Assembly (NCBI GenBank): GCA_035063585.1
Contig: JAPSGB010000003.1
Coordinates: forward strand, 390,365-454,364
Direction of reading: 5' to 3'
Source of the DNA: Polyangiaceae bacterium
GTDB taxonomy: Bacteria; Myxococcota_A; Polyangia; Polyangiales; Polyangiaceae
Length of the DNA stretch: 64,000 nt
The first letter of the stretch is position 1. Each line of letters starts with the position of its first letter. The notes beneath the pieces were generated by a model, which searched no databases, was not told the DNA's origin, and saw nothing but the letters and a program-made list of their open reading frames with translations. The translations under genes and the position numbers were made by a program. This document shows, one piece after another, positions 49,839-57,709 of this stretch.

Positions 49839-51953
49839 TCAGCGGAGGTAGAGCCGCAGCCGCGCGAGCACGGTCCGCGGCCAGCCCGGCGTGTAGTGGA
49901 TGCCCTCCACCGGCGCGGGCTCGTAGGCGAGCCGCGTCTCGGTCGCGAACTGGACCTCGCGCCACTTGGCGCCGAGGAGGTTCTGCACGTCGAGCCCGAG
50001 CTCGACGTCCCTCCAGCGCGCGCCGGCGCTCGCGTCGACCACCGTGAAGCCCTCGGCCATGAGCGCGCCGTCGGGCGTCGCGGGGCGCGAGGAGAGCGCC
50101 TTCAGCCGGAGCGCGCCGAACGGGCGGAGCGCGCCGAAGCGTGGCTCGGCGCCGACCCCCGCGGTCAGGGTGCGGGTCGGCGCGAGCGCGACCGAGCCGG
50201 CGTTGCCCGCGTTCTCGCGATAGCGCGCGCGGGTGAAGGTCGCGTCCGCGTCGATGAAGAGCCACTCAGCCAAGCGCGCGCGCGCCCCGAGCTCCGCCCC
50301 GAGGCGGCGCGTTCGCCCGGAGGCCTCGGTGCCGCCTGCGTCGCCCACCCACACGAGCTCCGAGTCCATGTCGAGGCTGAACGCCGCGGCCTGCAGCGCG
50401 ACGCCCGGGTGGGGCGTCAGGCGTGCGCCGACCTCGGCGCCGGTGGCCGGCACCATGAGCGTGGCGGCGGCGCCTGGGGCGACCGCGCCCCGCGCGTCGT
50501 TCGAGTGAAATCCGCGGCCGACGTCGAGGAAGAGCTCGAGCGGCGAGGCCGGGCTCAGCACCACCATCAGCTTCGGCAAGAGGAGCGCGGCGCTCTTCTC
50601 GCCGCTCGCCGGTCCCAGGTGGTCGCGCACCCCGACCCGCAGCCCCTGGGCGCGGAGCCCCGGGATGAGCCTGAGCCAGTCGGTGAGCCGCGCGTCCTCC
50701 TCGAGGTAGAGGCCGAGCGAGTCCTCGTCGATGCGGGCGCGGACCCGCGGCTCGAGCCGCGCGCGCGCCTGGTCGTGGTAGAGCCCGTTGTCGATCCCGT
50801 CGCTCCGGAGCTGGAGGCCGCCGGTGGTCGTAAACCTCGCGCCCCCCCAGCGATCGCGGCGCCGCACGCGCACCTCGCCACCCACCACGAGTCGATCGTC
50901 GGTCTGCTCGATCTCGTCGCCCCGGAGCGGGTCCTCGAGGAAGAAGGTGAAGTTCGAGTAGAGCCCGAAGCGATACTTGACCGCGTACGCGCGCGCCGAG
51001 AGATCCGTGCGTTCGCCGAGCCGCTCCCACGCGAACGAGAGCTGATGTCGATCGGTGCGGCCCCCCTCGCTCGGATCGACGTGTCCGAAGCGCTCGAGGC
51101 ACGGCGCGCCGTAGGCGCTCGGAGGCGGCGCGAGTGGCTCGCCTTCGCCGCACACCGCGCGGGCCGGGATTTGCCCCGAGCCGTTCCAGCGCGCGCCGTA
51201 CGACATCAGGGTCGCGCTCAGCGTGCCGGCGCGCTCGAAGTCGTGGGTCGCGCGGAGGTAGGTCTTATACTGCCGATAGTCTTCCGAGAGCTCGAAGGGC
51301 CCGCGATCGGTCTCGAGGTCGACCGCCGCCACCATGCGCCAGCGCTCGCCGAGCTCGGGGGAGGCGGCGTAGAGCGCGCGCAGGATCCCGAACTCTCCCG
51401 CGCCGAGCTCGACGAAGCCCTCCGGGAGCCGCTCGGCGAGGTGCACGTCGACCGCTCCGGCGGTCGCAAAATCCCCGAGGCCGGCGTAGTAGGGGCCCTT
51501 GTAGCCGTCGACGGAGGCCACCAGCTCCGGGATGAAGAAGTGGAGATCGGTGTAGCCCTGGCCGTGCCCGTGGCTCGGCAGGTTGACCGGCACGCCGTCC
51601 ACGAAGAACGCGACGTCGGTGCCGTGATCGGCGTCGAAGCCGCGGAGGAAGTACTGGTTCGCCTTGCCGCCGCCGGCGTGCTGCACCGCGAAGAGCCCGG
51701 GCACCGCCTCGACCACGTCCGCCGGCCGGCGTTTCGGGCGCAGCGCGAGCTCGCGCCCCCCCGCGTGCGAGCGCGACGCGGCCTCGCTGCCGGGGGCTTC
51801 GCCACGCACGGTGACCTCGATGGGCGCGTCGTCGCCGGGCGCCGCGCTCTCGGCGGGTGGAGCCTCATCCGGCGCAGCGAGCGCGACGCTCGGACCGGCG
51901 AGCGTGCAGGCAGAGAAGAAGAGCGCGGGTACCGCGCGCCAGGGGTCGCCCAT
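49839..51953 (-). CDS. TonB-dependent receptor
   Basis: Signal peptide, EVTVRG TonB box, plug QHAGGGKANQYFLRGFDADHGTD, GFHSNDAR and C-terminal NLL..PRT. Confidence 0.9.
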   Translation of the reverse strand: MGDPWRAVPALFFSACTLAGPSVALAAPDEAPPAESAAPGDDAPIEVTVRGEAPGSEAASRSHAGGRELALRPKRRPADVVEAVPGLFAVQHAGGGKANQYFLRGFDADHGTDVAFFVDGVPVNLPSHGHGQGYTDLHFFIPELVASVDGYKGPYYAGLGDFATAGAVDVHLAERLPEGFVELGAGEFGILRALYAASPELGERWRMVAAVDLETDRGPFELSEDYRQYKTYLRATHDFERAGTLSATLMSYGARWNGSGQIPARAVCGEGEPLAPPPSAYGAPCLERFGHVDPSEGGRTDRHQLSFAWERLGERTDLSARAYAVKYRFGLYSNFTFFLEDPLRGDEIEQTDDRLVVGGEVRVRRRDRWGGARFTTTGGLQLRSDGIDNGLYHDQARARLEPRVRARIDEDSLGLYLEEDARLTDWLRLIPGLRAQGLRVGVRDHLGPASGEKSAALLLPKLMVVLSPASPLELFLDVGRGFHSNDARGAVAPGAAATLMVPATGAEVGARLTPHPGVALQAAAFSLDMDSELVWVGDAGGTEASGRTRRLGAELGARARLAEWLFIDADATFTRARYRENAGNAGSVALAPTRTLTAGVGAEPRFGALRPFGALRLKALSSRPATPDGALMAEGFTVVDASAGARWRDVELGLDVQNLLGAKWREVQFATETRLAYEPAPVEGIHYTPGWPRTVLARLRLYLR

Positions 51954-51963
51954 GCGCGCGACC

Positions 51964-51991
51964 GTAGCACGATATTACAAAATCGTAGCAT
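51964..51991. promoter_or_regulatory. NikR-like operator overlapping the extended -10 of the TBDR gene
   Basis: GTAGCACGATATTACAAAATCGTAGCAT: AT-rich 28-mer with internal ACGAT/ATCGT inverted repeat. Confidence 0.45.
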
Positions 51992-52060
51992 GCCGTGAGG
52001 CGTGTCGGACCGGCGCCGGGCTTCGCGCCGGACCGACATCCCTCCGGCTCGCCCGAGCGC

Positions 52061-53044
52061 TCAGACCGGGAGGCCCTGAGCGTCGAACATGCCCTCGAAG
52101 AGGGCCGAGCTCAGGTAGCGCTCGCCCGAGTCGGGGAGCACGACGACGATGGTCTTGCCCTTGTTCTCGGGGCGGTTGGCGACGCGCACCGCGGCCGCGA
52201 CCGCGGCGCCCGAGGAGATCCCGGAGATGAGGCCCTCCTCGCGAGCCAGTCGCCGAGCATAGCGGAAGCCGTCTTCGTCGGTGACCGGCTCGATGGCGTC
52301 CACCACGGAGAGATCGAGCACGTCCGGTACGAAACCGGTGCCGAGCCCCTGGAGCTTGTGCGGTCCGGGCTTGAGCGGCTCGCCAGCGCGCGTCTGGGTG
52401 AGCACCGGGCTCGCGGCGGGCTCGACCGCGATCGAGGTGATGGCCTTGTGCTTCGTGTGCTTGATGTAGCGTGACACGCCGGTGATGGTGCCGCCGGTAC
52501 CGACGCCCGACACCAGGATGTCGATGGCGCCCGCGGTGTCTTCCCAGATCTCGGGGCCGGTGGTGGTCTCGTGGATCTTGGCGTTCGCGGGGTTCTTGAA
52601 CTGGTGGAGGAGCACGTAGCGGTTCGGCTCCTGCGCGGCGAGCTCCTCGGCCTTCACCACCGCGGCCTTGGTGCCCTTCGCGCCCTCGGTGAGGATGAGC
52701 TTCGCGCCGAAAGCAGCCATCAGCTTGCGCCGCTCGATGCTCATCGAGTCCGGCATGACGAGCGTGATGGGGTAACCGCGCGCGGCGGCCACGAAGGAGA
52801 GCGCGATGCCGGTGTTGCCGCTGGTCGGCTCGATGAGCTCCTTGCCCGGGCCGAGCACCCCGCGCTTCTCGGCGTCCCACACCATCGCGGCGCCGATCCG
52901 GCATTTTACCGAGTAGGCCGGGTTTCGCCCCTCGACCTTGGCGAGGATGGTGGCGGGCGCGCCGTCGGTGACGCGGTTCAGGCGGACCAGCGGGGTGCGC
53001 CCGATGGCGAGGGTGTTGTCCTTATACCAGTGCGGTTCGGTCAT
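52061..53044 (-). CDS. cysK: Cysteine synthase A
   Basis: [11 protein letters not shown] (PLP Lys), [15 protein letters not shown] and DSGERYLS motifs. Confidence 0.95.
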   Translation of the reverse strand: MTEPHWYKDNTLAIGRTPLVRLNRVTDGAPATILAKVEGRNPAYSVKCRIGAAMVWDAEKRGVLGPGKELIEPTSGNTGIALSFVAAARGYPITLVMPDSMSIERRKLMAAFGAKLILTEGAKGTKAAVVKAEELAAQEPNRYVLLHQFKNPANAKIHETTTGPEIWEDTAGAIDILVSGVGTGGTITGVSRYIKHTKHKAITSIAVEPAASPVLTQTRAGEPLKPGPHKLQGLGTGFVPDVLDLSVVDAIEPVTDEDGFRYARRLAREEGLISGISSGAAVAAAVRVANRPENKGKTIVVVLPDSGERYLSSALFEGMFDAQGLPV

Positions 53045-53064
53045 GAGTCCTCCGGTTTCGCGTC

Positions 53065-53095
53065 AATGTATCCGTTATAACGGACGAGGTGTCAA
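53065..53095 (-). promoter_or_regulatory. cysK promoter with perfect palindromic operator
   Basis: Minus strand TTGACA (53095-53090) and TACATT (53070-53065) flank the palindrome TCCGTTATAACGGA (53071-53084). Confidence 0.6.
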
Positions 53096-53146
53096 GGGCG
53101 GATCGGGTTTGACGCTCGACGGGCGCCGGCCGATAGCCGGGGGACC

Positions 53147-53845
53147 GTGGCCGCGCGTCGCAAGTCCTCCGAGCCTTCCCCCAAGCGTCCGCCGCGCGCC
53201 GCGCGCGCGCCCCATCCGCCCCCGAAGGCGGGGCCCGAGCGCGCGCCGAAGCCCGCGCCGCTCCGCGCGTCGAGAGCCGCCGCGCGCGATCTCACCCCGG
53301 CGGTCGCCTCCAACGTGCGGCGCCACCGCGGGGAGCGGGGGTGGTCGCTCCAGCAGCTCGCCGACGCGAGCGGCGTGAGCCGCGCCATGCTCGGGCAGAT
53401 CGAGCTCGGCAAGAGCGCGCCCACAATCAACGTGCTCTGGAAGATCGCGGGCGCGCTCGGCCTGCCGTTCTCGGCGCTGCTCGGGCAAGAGGAGACGTCG
53501 TCGACGGTGGTCCTGCGCGCGGCCGCCGCCAAGGAGCTCCGCTCCGCCGACGGCACCTTCTCGACGCGCGCGCTCTTCCCGGTGGATCGCCCGCGGCAGG
53601 TCGAGTTCTACGAGCTCCACCTCGCGCCCCACGCCTCCGAGCTCGCCGACGCGCACGCGCCCGGCACCGCGGAGAACCTGGTCGTCACGCGGGGCGCGCT
53701 CGAAATAGCGGTCGGCGGCGATCGCCGCGTGCTCCATCCGGGGGATGCCATCTTCTTCCGCGCCGACGAGCCGCACGCCTACCACAACCCGGGCGCCGAA
53801 GAGCTCGTCGCGTACCTGGTGATGACCTACGTGCGCCCGGGGTGA
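53147..53845 (+). CDS. XRE-HTH/cupin transcriptional regulator (SutR/PuuR-like)
   Basis: SLQQLADASGVSRAMLGQIELGKSAPTINVLWKIA; cupin HAPGTAE..GD..F.AD.PHAY.N. Confidence 0.9.
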   Translation: MAARRKSSEPSPKRPPRAARAPHPPPKAGPERAPKPAPLRASRAAARDLTPAVASNVRRHRGERGWSLQQLADASGVSRAMLGQIELGKSAPTINVLWKIAGALGLPFSALLGQEETSSTVVLRAAAAKELRSADGTFSTRALFPVDRPRQVEFYELHLAPHASELADAHAPGTAENLVVTRGALEIAVGGDRRVLHPGDAIFFRADEPHAYHNPGAEELVAYLVMTYVRPG

Positions 53846-53927
53846 GCTCCGCGCGGCGCGCTTGCTGCGCTCGGGCGCCCTCCCGTATGGTGTGCGGGCG
53901 CATCCTCGCGCGGCGGACGACCCAGCG

Positions 53928-55271
53928 ATGCTCACCAGACTGCGGGTGAAAAATCTGAAGGCCTGGGGCGAAGAGCTCTGGGAGCCGGGCGTCCCGCTCG
54001 GCCCGATCACGCTCTTTCTCGGCCCGAACTCGGCCGGCAAGACCTCGCTCTTGCAGGTGCCGCTGCTCCTGAAGCAGACCTTCGACAGCCCCGATCGCAC
54101 CCTCGACCTGAACCTCGGCGGGCGCGCGAGCGATCTGGTCGATCTCGGCAGCTACGAGTCGCTCATCCACGGTCACGACGTGCGCCGCGAGCTCGGCATC
54201 GGGCTCACGCTCGACGCGGGCGTGGTCGGCGAGCCCGCGCGCGGCCGCCCGCTCGACTACACGGTGACCTTCACGTTCGCGGGCGGCGCGCCGGTGACCG
54301 AGCGGCTGGTGCTCGCGGAGGGCGGGCAGGCGTACGTCGCGGAGCGCCAGGCGAAGGGTGGGTACGCGCTCGAAGCGCCCGGCTACGAGGCGCCGCGCTC
54401 CCGCGGTCGGCCCGAGGCGAAGCGCAGCTACCAGCCTGCGCGCTCGGTGGCGTTCTCGCCGGCGGCCATCGCGCGGCTCGGCGAGGCGGGGGCCCGCGTG
54501 CAAGATCTCTCGCTCCGGCTCCGCGAGACGGTGTCTCGCATCGCGTACCTCGGCCCGCTCCGCGAGCAGCCCGAGCGGAGCTACCTCTTCAGCGGGGTCG
54601 AGCCGGGCGAGCTCGGTACTCGCGGCGAGTACGCCGTGCACGCGCTCCTCGCCAACGAGAACTCACGCAAGCGACGCCGGAGCGGCGAGGAGAGCGGGCG
54701 CCAGTGGCTGGTCGAGCGCGTCTCGGAGTGGCTCTCACGCCTCGGCGTGGCCGACCAGCTCGTGCTCGAGCGCCAGGGCAGCTCACGGCACTACGAGCTC
54801 ACCGTGGTGCGGCGCGGACAGCGCGCCAACATAACGGACGTCGGCTTCGGGATCTCCCAGGTCTTGCCGATGCTGGTGCTCGCGTACTTCGTGCCGCGGG
54901 GGACCACCATCGTGGCCGAGCAACCCGAGCTCCACCTGCACCCCCGCGCGCAGGTCGGGCTCGCCGAGCTGATGGCGAGCGTCGCGCGCACGCGCGGCGT
55001 GCAATTCCTGGTGGAGACGCACTCCGAGCACCTGTTCCGCCGGCTCCAGACCCTGCTCGCGCGGGAGGAGCTCTCGCCGGAGGACTGCCGGCTCTACTTC
55101 GTGGATCGCGCCGAGCGCGACGGGACCGCGCTCACCCCGCTCGAGGTCGACCCGTATGGCCGCGTGAAGAACTGGCCCAAGGACTTCTTCGGTGATGTCA
55201 TGGGCGAGACGGAGCGCCACGTGAAGACCATCATCGAGAGGCAGCGCGGCGAGGGCGCCCCGCGTGGTTGA
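53928..55271 (+). CDS. ABC-like ATPase (AAA_15/AAA_21 with DUF3696-like C-terminus)
   Basis: Walker A GPNSAGKT, YLGPLR, VGFGISQVL signature, EQPELHLHP, ETHSEH and C-terminal NWPKDFF. Confidence 0.85.
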   Translation: MLTRLRVKNLKAWGEELWEPGVPLGPITLFLGPNSAGKTSLLQVPLLLKQTFDSPDRTLDLNLGGRASDLVDLGSYESLIHGHDVRRELGIGLTLDAGVVGEPARGRPLDYTVTFTFAGGAPVTERLVLAEGGQAYVAERQAKGGYALEAPGYEAPRSRGRPEAKRSYQPARSVAFSPAAIARLGEAGARVQDLSLRLRETVSRIAYLGPLREQPERSYLFSGVEPGELGTRGEYAVHALLANENSRKRRRSGEESGRQWLVERVSEWLSRLGVADQLVLERQGSSRHYELTVVRRGQRANITDVGFGISQVLPMLVLAYFVPRGTTIVAEQPELHLHPRAQVGLAELMASVARTRGVQFLVETHSEHLFRRLQTLLAREELSPEDCRLYFVDRAERDGTALTPLEVDPYGRVKNWPKDFFGDVMGETERHVKTIIERQRGEGAPRG

Positions 55272-55725
55272 TCACCTGGTCGACACCAACGTGCTCATCG
55301 TCGCGAGCGCGGCGGCGCCGCCCGGCTTCGAAGACGTGCCGGTCGGCGCGGACGAGGTGAAGCTCGTGTTCGACTGGCTCACCACGTTTCGCGACGACCC
55401 CTCGCGGCGGCTGGTGCTCGACGAGCTCTTTCGCATCTTCGACGAGTACCGTAATAAGCTCGATTTTCAACACTACGGGCTCCAGGTGGTTCACGCCAAG
55501 CTCGAGCGTTGCCTCCGCACGGTGCCGGTCGAGTACGACGCGGACGGGCACGGGGTGGTGCCGGCCGGGCTCCGGGCCATCGATGATTCGGACAAGAAGT
55601 TCGTCGCGGCCGCGCTCCGCGACCCAGCGAGCATCAGCATCGTGAACGCGACCGACAGCGACTGGAGCGAGCACCGCGAGGCGCTCCGGGCGCACGGCGT
55701 CGCGGTGGAGGAGCTCCTCGGGTGA
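55264..55725 (+). CDS. PIN-domain putative ribonuclease
   Basis: LVDTNVL, FDEY, DDSDKKFVAAA and ATDSDW acidic motifs in a 153-aa protein. Confidence 0.7.
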   Translation: MVDHLVDTNVLIVASAAAPPGFEDVPVGADEVKLVFDWLTTFRDDPSRRLVLDELFRIFDEYRNKLDFQHYGLQVVHAKLERCLRTVPVEYDADGHGVVPAGLRAIDDSDKKFVAAALRDPASISIVNATDSDWSEHREALRAHGVAVEELLG

Positions 55726-56420
55726 CCGAGTTCTTCCGCTTTCCCCACACGGCGCATATCGCCTGGCTCGGCGCGGGCGCGCCCCGCGGCGACAAGGTGC
55801 TCTCGCCCGACGAGCTGCGCGAGCTGCTCGCCGGAGAGGTGCTCATCGAGGAAAAGATCGACGGTGCCAACCTCGGGTTTTCCGTGGATGAGCGCGGCGC
55901 GCTCCGCGCCCAGAACCGCGGCGCGTACCTCGAGCTCGCGACGGCGCGTGGACAATGGAAGCCGCTCACCCGCTGGCTCGCGCCGCGCCGGCAAGCCCTC
56001 GCGGAGGCGCTCGGCCCGGCGCTCATGCTCTTCGGTGAGTGGTGCTACGCGGTGCACAGCGTGCGCTACTCGCGCTTGCCGGATTGGTTCCTCGCCTTCG
56101 ACGTCTACGACCGCGCGGCCGGGGAGTTCTGGAGCGTCGCGCGGCGCCGGGAGCTCACCGCGCGGCTCGGCCTCGCGGAGGTGCCGGAGCGCGCGCGCGG
56201 CGTGTTCGAGGCGCGCGCGCTCGAGCGGCTGCTCGGCGAGTCCGCGCTCACCGACGGCCCCGCCGAGGGCATCGTGGTGCGGCGCGAGGAGGCGGGTCGC
56301 CTCCGCGCGCGCGGCAAGCTCGTGCGCGCGGAGTTCGTGCAAGCCATCGAAGAGCACTGGTCGCGCCGCGCGCTCGAACCGAACCGTCTGGCGGCGTGGG
56401 GCGACCGCGCGCGCGACTGA
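55722..56420 (+). CDS. ATP-dependent RNA ligase (Rnl2-like nucleotidyltransferase domain)
   Basis: Motif I EEKIDGAN, QNRG, III FGEW, IIIa FDVY, IV EGIVVR and V KLVR. Confidence 0.85.
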   Translation: MTEFFRFPHTAHIAWLGAGAPRGDKVLSPDELRELLAGEVLIEEKIDGANLGFSVDERGALRAQNRGAYLELATARGQWKPLTRWLAPRRQALAEALGPALMLFGEWCYAVHSVRYSRLPDWFLAFDVYDRAAGEFWSVARRRELTARLGLAEVPERARGVFEARALERLLGESALTDGPAEGIVVRREEAGRLRARGKLVRAEFVQAIEEHWSRRALEPNRLAAWGDRARD

Positions 56421-56505
56421 CCGAGCCCGCGGACCGCAGCGAGGCCGAGGTCGGTTCGGCGCGGCCGGCGCCCGGTGGTGCGGTTCCCGCATGTGTCATC
56501 CCGCA

Positions 56506-56536
56506 TTGACGAGTCTCGGACACTTTGCGCAGTGTC
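56506..56536 (+). promoter_or_regulatory. Promoter with TetR-like palindrome
   Basis: TTGACG at 56506; GACACT-N6-AGTGTC at 56519-56536 covers the -10 region. Confidence 0.45.
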
Positions 56537-56552
56537 GAGCGCAGGTCGAACC

Positions 56553-57662
56553 ATGAATGAGCTCGTCGACGGGGTCCGGGAGATCGTCGCCCGGGAGATC
56601 GCGCCGCGCGCGGCAGAGGTGGATCTTCGCGGGGAGCTGCCGGAAGGGTTCGCGCTGAAGCTCGGTGAGCGCGGGCTCGCGGGACTCGCGCTGCCCGAGG
56701 GCTACGGCGGCGTCGGGGCGGACCTCGCGACCTTCGGCGCGTGCCTCGAGGCGCTCGGCGGCGGCTGCGCGTCGAGCGCGTGGGCGCTCGTGTCGCACAG
56801 CGGGTGCGCTCGCGCCCTGCTCGCCTTCGGCGCGGACGCCCAGAAGGAACGCCTCTTGCCGGCGCTCGCCGCCGGTCGCCTACTCGGCAGCGCGATGGCG
56901 GGCACCGAGGCCGCCGGCGGCTCGAGCGCGGCCGGCACGCGCACCCGCGCGCGCCGCGACGGCGATGGGTGGGTGCTCGATGGGAATAAGGAGTTCATCT
57001 CGCTCGCGGGTCTCGCCGACCTGTTCCTCGTCATGGCGCGTACCGGCGACGAGCCCCTGGCGCTCGGTTGTTTCCTGGTGGAAAAGAGCGATCCTGGGGT
57101 CTCCTTCGGGCGGCGCGAGGAGCTCTTGGGCGTGCGCGGGCTGCCGGTTGGCGGCATCGGATTCGCCGAGTGCCGGCTCCCGGCCGAGCGTCTGCTCGGT
57201 GCCGAGGCGGGCGGCCTCGCGGTGATGGGCGCGATGGGCGCCTGGGGGCTGGTCGGCGCGGCCGCGGCCTCGCTCGGGATCGCCGCGGTCGCGCTCGCCG
57301 ACGCCACCGCGTACGTGAAGGAGCGCGTGGTGGCCGGCGCGTCGCTCTCGACGCTGCCCGGAGTGCAGCGCGCGCTCGGAGAGCTCGCCTTCGAGCTCGC
57401 CGGCGCCCGCGCGCACCTGGCGCAGGCGATCCGCGACGTCGAGGGCGTGAAGGGCCCGCCGCTCCCGCTCTTTCGCGCCAAGCTCGCGGCGACCGAGGCC
57501 GCGGTGCGGATCACCGATCGCGCGATGGCGCTATACGGCGCGGCCGGCTACTCGCGCGCGCTCCCCGCCGAGCGCCGCGCCCGCGACGTCCGCGCCTTCA
57601 CCATCCACTTTGCGAACAACGAGGTGTTGAAGGACATGCTCTCGAAGGCTGCGGTGGCGTGA
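56553..57662 (+). CDS. Acyl-CoA dehydrogenase family protein
   Basis: PEGYGG, GTEAAGGS, LDGNKEFIS, LGVRG and YGAAGYS..ERRARD motifs. Confidence 0.85.
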   Translation: MNELVDGVREIVAREIAPRAAEVDLRGELPEGFALKLGERGLAGLALPEGYGGVGADLATFGACLEALGGGCASSAWALVSHSGCARALLAFGADAQKERLLPALAAGRLLGSAMAGTEAAGGSSAAGTRTRARRDGDGWVLDGNKEFISLAGLADLFLVMARTGDEPLALGCFLVEKSDPGVSFGRREELLGVRGLPVGGIGFAECRLPAERLLGAEAGGLAVMGAMGAWGLVGAAAASLGIAAVALADATAYVKERVVAGASLSTLPGVQRALGELAFELAGARAHLAQAIRDVEGVKGPPLPLFRAKLAATEAAVRITDRAMALYGAAGYSRALPAERRARDVRAFTIHFANNEVLKDMLSKAAVA

Positions 57663-57709
57663 GCGAGCAGCGGGCGCGCCCCCGCTCGGGCTGGTAGGGT
57701 GCGCGCCCC

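Noticed and set aside
53928..55725. Assigning the ATPase cassette to PARIS, Septu or Menshen
   Set aside because: The partner shows PIN motifs rather than TOPRIM or HNH, and no DUF262 gene is present; left unnamed pending an HMM search.
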